From the NCBI GenBank assembly GCA_050115495.1, contig JASFQK010000003.1, forward strand, positions 64,001 to 128,000: 64,000 nt of DNA. Direction: 5' to 3'. Under the pieces are notes generated by a model, which saw only the letters and a program-made list of their open reading frames with translations, was not told the origin of the DNA and did not search any database. Source of the stretch: Phycisphaerae bacterium. GTDB lineage: Bacteria > Planctomycetota > Phycisphaerae > UBA1845 > Fen-1342. The translations under genes and the position numbers were made by a program. Shown here one piece after another: positions 58,482-64,000 of the stretch (positions are counted from its first letter, which is position 1; each line of letters starts with the position of its first letter).

Positions 58482-59312
58482 CTAGCGGCCTCGCCGAGGC
58501 AGGGCGATGCCCAGGAAGCGCATGACTTCCTGCAAATCCTCCCAGGCCTTTCCCTTCTCGCCGGGGCTCCGCAGGAGGTAGGCCGGGTGAAACGTGGGCA
58601 TCAGCTTCGCCGACGGCAGGCCCAGGTGAGCCAGGGCCGGTGGAGGGAAGTCGTGGAAATGGCCGCGGAGCCGGCCGATCGCTTCTTTGGTGGCCAGCAG
58701 CGATTGCGCGGCGGGCCGGCCGAGGGCGACGATGACCTTGGGCCGCAGAATCGCCAGTTGCCGGTACAGGTAGGGGCCGCAGATCTCCATCTCCGTCACC
58801 TCAGGGGTTCGGTTACCCGGGGGACGGCATTTAACGACATTCGCGATGTAGACCTGCTCCCGCGTCAGCGACATCGCCGCGATCATGCGCGTCAGAAGCT
58901 GGCCGGCTCGGCCGACGAACGGGATCCCCTCGCGATCTTCATCCGCCCCCGGGCCCTCGCCGACGAAAAGCAACTCCGGCCGCGGGGCTCCCGCGCCAAA
59001 GACCGTCTTCGTCCGGTTGGCGTGTAGGCCGCAACGCGTGCAGTTGCGCACATGCTGCGCGTCAATCATGTCCAGCGCCGCCTGCGCCTGCTCCGCCGAC
59101 AACTCCTCCCGGCAGATCGGCGGGAGGTCGGGGTCGTCGACGAAGAACGAGCCAGTAACGGGAGCGGTTCCGGGTCGTGCGCGCTCACGCGGAGGGGGAG
59201 CCGCGACGGGCTGCGCCGCGGGCGGCGCGACAGCGGCCGGCGGGGACACAGGCCGTCGGCAATGGCGGATCCCGAGCCGGCGCTCACTGCGCAGCCAGGT
59301 CGCCAACGTCAT
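58482..59312 (-). CDS. Uracil-DNA glycosylase, family 4
   Basis: CTRCGL, GEGPG..ED..G.PFVG, NVVKCRPPGNR, TFHPAYLLR; start may be GTG 59342. Confidence 0.93.
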   Translation of the reverse strand: MTLATWLRSERRLGIRHCRRPVSPPAAVAPPAAQPVAAPPPRERARPGTAPVTGSFFVDDPDLPPICREELSAEQAQAALDMIDAQHVRNCTRCGLHANRTKTVFGAGAPRPELLFVGEGPGADEDREGIPFVGRAGQLLTRMIAAMSLTREQVYIANVVKCRPPGNRTPEVTEMEICGPYLYRQLAILRPKVIVALGRPAAQSLLATKEAIGRLRGHFHDFPPPALAHLGLPSAKLMPTFHPAYLLRSPGEKGKAWEDLQEVMRFLGIALPRRGR

Positions 59313-59386
59313 TTTGCCTGTGCCGGGGTCGCGTCTTGTCACGATGACAAGATACGGGGGCGAACGGTTGGCGGCAAGGTTGCGCC

Positions 59387-61195
59387 ATGACGAGCAAGGA
59401 TGTGCCCACAGCTTTACTGCTGTGGTCGATGATGGCGGCGAGCATGCTGGTGGTCGCCGGCCTTGCTGCGGAACCGGTTCCGAAATCGGACACCGGCGCG
59501 GCAACGGCTGCGGCGCCCGCTGAGCCCAGAATGCTTGCGCCGACACTCGGACGCCCAGAGTTCGTCCAGCCGGGGGGGAACCTGAACGTCGTCGCCGTCA
59601 TTCCCGACGCCGACATCGTCCCCACCGTCGAGCTCGTCAGCACGCGCTTCCCGCCACGCCGCTACACGCTGACCACCGGTGCCGGGGTCGGTGGCCGCCT
59701 GCGGCAGGGCCTGCCCATCGCCGTTCGCGTGCCCCAGGACATGCCGGCGGCGACGTACGACCTCGAGTTATCCTGCGGCGGTGTGCGGCTCAGTGCACCG
59801 CACTGCGTGGCTGTCGGCAGCGTGCCGGCCCGCGTGCGGCTCGTGCATCTCTCGGACATGAACATTGGGGAGTTGGGGGCGCCGGGCTTCGATGAGCGCC
59901 TCATCAGCGAAATAAACCTGGTCGCGCCGACGCTCGTGCTCGCCACCGGCGATTTCCTCGACCTGACCTGCGAAGATCGGGAAGGGGGCTGGCAGCGCGT
60001 CGTGGACTTCTTCACGCGATTGGACGCACCGGCCCTGATCGCCTGCGGAGATCACGACGACCTGTCCCAATACTGCCGGTGGATCGCCCCGAGTCCGGTC
60101 GGTGAGATCAGCGTCGGGCCGTTGCGTGGCGTCGTGCTGTACGACTCGCCGAGCCGGCCCATCGGCGGCGACGCCGAACAGGTCACCTGGTTCGAGCGGA
60201 CGCTCGCCGTGCCGAACGAGACGCGCTCGACGTTCGTGCTGAGCCCCGACGAGTGCCCGAACCTGCTGCGCGTGTGGCAGAACCGCGGCGTTCTATCGCA
60301 GATGGTGCAGGCCACGCGACTGGGCGCCTGGTTCGCCGGCGGATCCCGGGATTGGGACGGCGTCGAGTATCGCGTGCTGATCGACGCGGCGGCGCCGATG
60401 TTGTACGTCCGCACGCACGAGTCGAGCACGGCGACGCGGGGCGGCGCGAGCGGCGTCAGTCATTTCCGCATCGTGGATCTCGAAGGCGAACGGGCCTGGC
60501 TGCCCGGGGCGTTGGCGGACGAGACCAACCCGCCGTCGCTGCCCGTGGGCCGCTTGCGCCTTTCCTTCAACGACCCGAACGACGGCACACAGGATCGTGT
60601 CAGCTTCACGGCGGTGAACAGCCACGACTGCCGGCTGGATCGGCTGGGCGCACGCGTGGTGCTGCGGCGGAGCGGGCCGACGCCGCCGTGGTGCCTCGGC
60701 GCCGAGCTGGTTCAGGCGGTGGACCTGGGGGAGTACTGGGACTGCCGCGTCGCGTTCGATCTGCCGGACCGCGGAGCGCTGCGGGCGGTCGTGGGCACGG
60801 GGCCGCCGCCGCGGCAGCCGGACATCGAGGTCGTCTTCGACGCGACGGCGCAGCTTCCACTGATGAGGCAGGTGGGCAAGGATGGGCTGAGCTACGTGAC
60901 CTCCCGCGGCGCCATCGTGCTCGTCCACCTGCGGAACCGGGGCACGACGCCGGCGGACTTCTCGCCGCTGATCCGCCTCGACGGCCAGACGCTGGGTTAC
61001 GTTGTGCTGGACGAGCCGGGGCCGACGGCGACGGCGTACCGGCTGCGGCTGGGCGCGGGACGCACGCTGACGTTGCACGTGGACCTGACGGCGGCTAGAG
61101 TCACGCCCGGCCGGCGCGAGCTCCAGGTGTACCTGAAGGGCGGCGAGGCCTGGTGGCCGGCGTGTTACCCGCTCGAGGTCACCATCGAGGAATAG
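59387..61195 (+). CDS. Secreted metallophosphoesterase-fold protein (degenerate motifs)
   Basis: Signal peptide; HLSDMN, ATGDFLD, CGDHD. Confidence 0.65.
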   Translation: MTSKDVPTALLLWSMMAASMLVVAGLAAEPVPKSDTGAATAAAPAEPRMLAPTLGRPEFVQPGGNLNVVAVIPDADIVPTVELVSTRFPPRRYTLTTGAGVGGRLRQGLPIAVRVPQDMPAATYDLELSCGGVRLSAPHCVAVGSVPARVRLVHLSDMNIGELGAPGFDERLISEINLVAPTLVLATGDFLDLTCEDREGGWQRVVDFFTRLDAPALIACGDHDDLSQYCRWIAPSPVGEISVGPLRGVVLYDSPSRPIGGDAEQVTWFERTLAVPNETRSTFVLSPDECPNLLRVWQNRGVLSQMVQATRLGAWFAGGSRDWDGVEYRVLIDAAAPMLYVRTHESSTATRGGASGVSHFRIVDLEGERAWLPGALADETNPPSLPVGRLRLSFNDPNDGTQDRVSFTAVNSHDCRLDRLGARVVLRRSGPTPPWCLGAELVQAVDLGEYWDCRVAFDLPDRGALRAVVGTGPPPRQPDIEVVFDATAQLPLMRQVGKDGLSYVTSRGAIVLVHLRNRGTTPADFSPLIRLDGQTLGYVVLDEPGPTATAYRLRLGAGRTLTLHVDLTAARVTPGRRELQVYLKGGEAWWPACYPLEVTIEE

Positions 61196-61232
61196 GCCGG
61201 ACGCCGAGACGAGCCGGTCGGAGGGTAGGTCC

Positions 61233-61964
61233 GTGGAGCGTCCGCCGCTCAAACCGCTATCGCTGACGATCTTCTTCCCCTGCTACAACGAGGAGGCGAA
61301 CGTCGAACGCGTCACGCAGTCGGCGGTCGAGGTTGGCCGGAAGGTGGCCGAGGACCTCGAGGTGCTGATCGTCAACGACGGCAGCCGCGACCGCACGGGC
61401 GAGATCGCCGACCGGCTGGCCGCAGAGATCCCCGAGGTCCGGGCGGTGCACAACCGGCCGAACCGCGGCTATGGCGGGGCGTTGCAGCGCGGCTTCCGCG
61501 AGGCGACGAAGGACTGGATCTTCTACACCGATGGTGACGGGCAGTTCGACCTGGGCGAGTTGCCGCGGCTGCTGCCGTTGCTGGAGACGCACGACATCGT
61601 TTCGTGCTACCGGCTGGACCGCAAGGACCCGCTGCCGCGCAAGCTCAACGCGTTCGCCTGGTCGACGCTGGTGAACCTGCTCTTCCGCATCGGCCTGCGC
61701 GACATCGACGGGGCGTTCAAGATCTACCCGCGCACGTTCATCGAGCGGATCACGCTGCACAGCACGGGCGCCTTGATCGACACGGAGATGTTGGCCAAGG
61801 CGCGGAACATGGGCTGCTCGATCGCCCAGTTGGGCGTGCACCACTACCCGCGCACCGCCGGCCAGCAGACGGGTGCGAACCTCCGCGTGATCCTCCGCGC
61901 CTTCCGCGAGCTCTTCAGGCTCTACCGCCAGATCCGCACCGAAGGCCGCCAGCAATCCCGTTGA
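61233..61964 (+). CDS. GT2 glycosyltransferase
   Basis: FPCYNEE, VNDGSRD, GYGGAL, TDGDGQFD, RDIDGAFK. Confidence 0.92.
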   Translation: MERPPLKPLSLTIFFPCYNEEANVERVTQSAVEVGRKVAEDLEVLIVNDGSRDRTGEIADRLAAEIPEVRAVHNRPNRGYGGALQRGFREATKDWIFYTDGDGQFDLGELPRLLPLLETHDIVSCYRLDRKDPLPRKLNAFAWSTLVNLLFRIGLRDIDGAFKIYPRTFIERITLHSTGALIDTEMLAKARNMGCSIAQLGVHHYPRTAGQQTGANLRVILRAFRELFRLYRQIRTEGRQQSR

Positions 61965-62047
61965 AAAAGGGGACTGGCTCCGAGCACCCAACGAAGCGCA
62001 CGTCCACAGCATTCGCTCGCCGCTCGGTGCCTGTCCCCTTTCTCAAC
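61960..62047. repeat. Family A palindromic element copy 4
   Basis: GTTGAAAAAGGGGACTGGCTCCGAGC-N36-GCTCGGTGCCTGTCCCCTTTCTCAAC; overlaps the GT2 TGA stop. Confidence 0.9.
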
Positions 62048-62083
62048 GGCGACCCGCCAACCCGCGTTCGATGCCGAACACAC

Positions 62084-62295
62084 AGGGCGGATTTTACCCG
62101 CCGTTCGCCGTTGCGCCAAACCACCGTTCATTCGCGAGAGAAGCACAATCTGTGTGTGTGGCATGCCGAAGCTATCAGGCGCCGGCAGGTCTTCTCCGCG
62201 TGTCGGCAACAACATGCCCGCGCCTGACAGCGTGGGCATGCCACCCCCACGCGTGATTCGCCAACCGAGCGATCGGCGGGCCAAGCCTACCCTGC
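62084..62295. repeat. REPIN-like element (left copy) with nested GTGGCATGCC doublet
   Basis: 62084-62144 matches 62839-62899; its end matches 62910-62934; insert at 62158-62244 is similar to 46461-46548. Confidence 0.8.
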
Positions 62296-62297
62296 GC

Positions 62298-62810
62298 TCA
62301 CTCCCCGCCTTCCCGCTCATCCCCGTGGTAGTCGTACATGTCTCTCCCCAGTTCCATCTCGTATTCCAGCCACTCGATCATTGTGGACCAGCGAGACTCT
62401 ACCTTCCTCTCGTCGACTGACCAGCGCACCACAGAAGGCGGCTCACTGAAGTCGAGGCAGGTGAGATCACCACCCCCATCTTGTGCAATGCCCAGCAAAT
62501 GGGCCGGGAGGCCGTATTCAGCATGTTGCTTAGTATTCTCTCGAACGGCCTCTGTGTTGTATTCCAGCATATCTCGCGTGGCCTCGTCATCCACGCTCCA
62601 GATCAGCAGGTCAAAGAACTCCTTCGCGAACATCAGTCCACCGTTCCAGCGGTGCAGAAACGCTTTGTAGTCCTCAAAGAACGTCACCCCGAGCGCTCGT
62701 TCCGCCACCGCGATCGCCTCCTCGGAGGCACCGGGAATCAGACGGTGCACTCCACAGTCGTACTTGGCGAGCTCCGCCGCGAACTCGTCGAATCGCGAAC
62801 CCAGTCTCAT
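62298..62810 (-). CDS. SMI1/KNR4 (SUKH) family immunity protein
   Basis: GASEEAIAVAERALGVTFFEDYKAFL..WNG; IAQDGGGDLTCLD; STMIEWLE. Confidence 0.88.
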   Translation of the reverse strand: MRLGSRFDEFAAELAKYDCGVHRLIPGASEEAIAVAERALGVTFFEDYKAFLHRWNGGLMFAKEFFDLLIWSVDDEATRDMLEYNTEAVRENTKQHAEYGLPAHLLGIAQDGGGDLTCLDFSEPPSVVRWSVDERKVESRWSTMIEWLEYEMELGRDMYDYHGDEREGGE

Positions 62811-62836
62811 GCTTGCGTCCCCTTGCGATCGAGGCC

Positions 62837-62934
62837 GTAGGGCGGGTTTCACCCGCCGTTTGCTCCTGCGCCAAACCACCGTCCATTTGCGAGAAGAGCG
62901 CGGGTCGCCGATCGACGGGCGAAGCCCGCCCTGC
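62837..62934. repeat. REPIN-like element (right copy)
   Basis: GTAGGGCGGGTTTCACCCGCC...GACGGGCGAAGCCCGCCCTGC: two inverted GTAG-type REP units with a spacer. Confidence 0.8.
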
Positions 62935-62942
62935 CGGCGTCA

Positions 62943-64000
62943 CTACGGCGCCGGTGCTGTCGTTGTTGCAGTTTCTCGGTAAACCTGCCCGGCGCTGTAC
63001 AGCGCCACCCGCGCCTCGATCGCCTGCGCCATGGCATCCAGCTTGTGCTGCCGGGCGACGGCCAGAGCGCGTTGCGCGATCTCCACGGCCTGCGCAAAGT
63101 CGCCCGACTCGGCACAGGCGGCGGCCAGGGCATCGAGCGCGTATGGGTGCTGGTTCCCGGAGAGCGCGCAGGCCCGCTGCGCCAGGGCCAGCGCTTTGCT
63201 GCCGCTGCGGTGCTGCGAGTCGGAATCCGTAGCCAGAGTCCAGGCCAAACCGGCGAGCGCCTCGACATTGTCCGGCACCGTCTGCAGGCACGCCCGATAC
63301 TGCGCGATCGCGTCGGGAGCACGATGCAGCGCGGCCAGAGCCGTGGCATAGCGCAGCCGCGTGCGCCAGTCATCCGGCATCATCCGCAGCGCCTCGGCGC
63401 AGTGCTGACAGGCTTCGTCGAACCGGCGGGCGGCAAGCAGGAGGTGGGCCAGCATGGCGTGGCCTTCGGCGAAATCCGGCAGGCGGTCGAGGATGGTGTT
63501 CAGGGCGCCGATTGCCTCGTTGATACGACCGGTGCGCATATGGCTATCGACCGCCGGCTTGATCGTCGCCAGGAGGGCGGTACGGATGTCGCGGAAGCTG
63601 GGATCGAGCTGGGCGCCGAGGATCAGCTCGTCGACCGCGTCGGCCGGCCGGCCGGCGCGCTGGAGCGTGAGGCCGTAGTTGTAGTGCGTGACGGCGTCAT
63701 CCGGCATGACTTCGACGGCTTTCTCATAGACGCGCAGGGCGTCCGCGGTTCGGCCCACCTGGGCATAGCCGTTGGCCAGCAGCGTGCTCAGGGCGGGCAT
63801 GTCAGGCTGAAGCCGGAAGGCGGTCTCGAGATAGGGAATCGCCTCGGCAATCTCTCCGGCATGAAACAGTGTGTTGCCGAGGTACTCATTGCCCCAGACG
63901 TTCTCCGGATACTTCGCCACCACGTCGCGGTACAGCGTCTCGCTGTTTTCGAACACGCGGGCCCGCTGGTAGGTCAGCACGCTCAGCGCGACGACGAAAA
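62943..64000 (-). CDS. TPR-repeat protein, C-terminal part (TMTC-like; runs off the window)
   Basis: Multiple TPRs; LAWTLAT...ALALAQRAC...LDALAAACAESGDF; the frame is open at the window edge. Confidence 0.85.
   Translation of the reverse strand, partial: FVVALSVLTYQRARVFENSETLYRDVVAKYPENVWGNEYLGNTLFHAGEIAEAIPYLETAFRLQPDMPALSTLLANGYAQVGRTADALRVYEKAVEVMPDDAVTHYNYGLTLQRAGRPADAVDELILGAQLDPSFRDIRTALLATIKPAVDSHMRTGRINEAIGALNTILDRLPDFAEGHAMLAHLLLAARRFDEACQHCAEALRMMPDDWRTRLRYATALAALHRAPDAIAQYRACLQTVPDNVEALAGLAWTLATDSDSQHRSGSKALALAQRACALSGNQHPYALDALAAACAESGDFAQAVEIAQRALAVARQHKLDAMAQAIEARVALYSAGQVYRETATTTAPAP

Noticed and set aside
61960..62934. Integron attC sites around the SMI1/KNR4 gene
   Set aside because: There are no RYYYAAC...GTTRRRY boundaries (family A runs GTT...AAC, the reverse order) and no integrase in the window.

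Overview
High-GC chromosomal window, most likely from a planctomycete (Phycisphaerae-like). This is inferred from the PEP-CTERM proteins, a DUF1571-like lipoprotein, a prepilin/H-X9-DG protein, a giant GreA, and dnaA and rpmA lying outside their usual operons. About 50 genes are supportable. Housekeeping: ribD, rpmA, surE, priA, dnaA, greA, UDG. Signalling: REC-GGDEF, two PilZ proteins, FHA-GAF-PP2C, a NarL-type regulator. Also present are three radical SAM enzymes, several transporters and a GT2/GT-C glycosylation cluster. I found no rRNA, tRNA, CRISPR, integrase, transposase or reverse transcriptase. The most unusual signal is non-coding: at least five families of REP/REPIN-like palindromes. 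One family keeps fixed arms with two invariant T-T mismatches around unrelated 32-36-nt spacers. Another brackets an AT-richer orphan SMI1/KNR4 immunity gene in a cassette-like way. There are also two candidate sRNAs defined by orphan terminators, several apparently leaderless genes, and a perfect TTGACA/TATAAT promoter. All product calls come from motif recognition by eye, not database searches.
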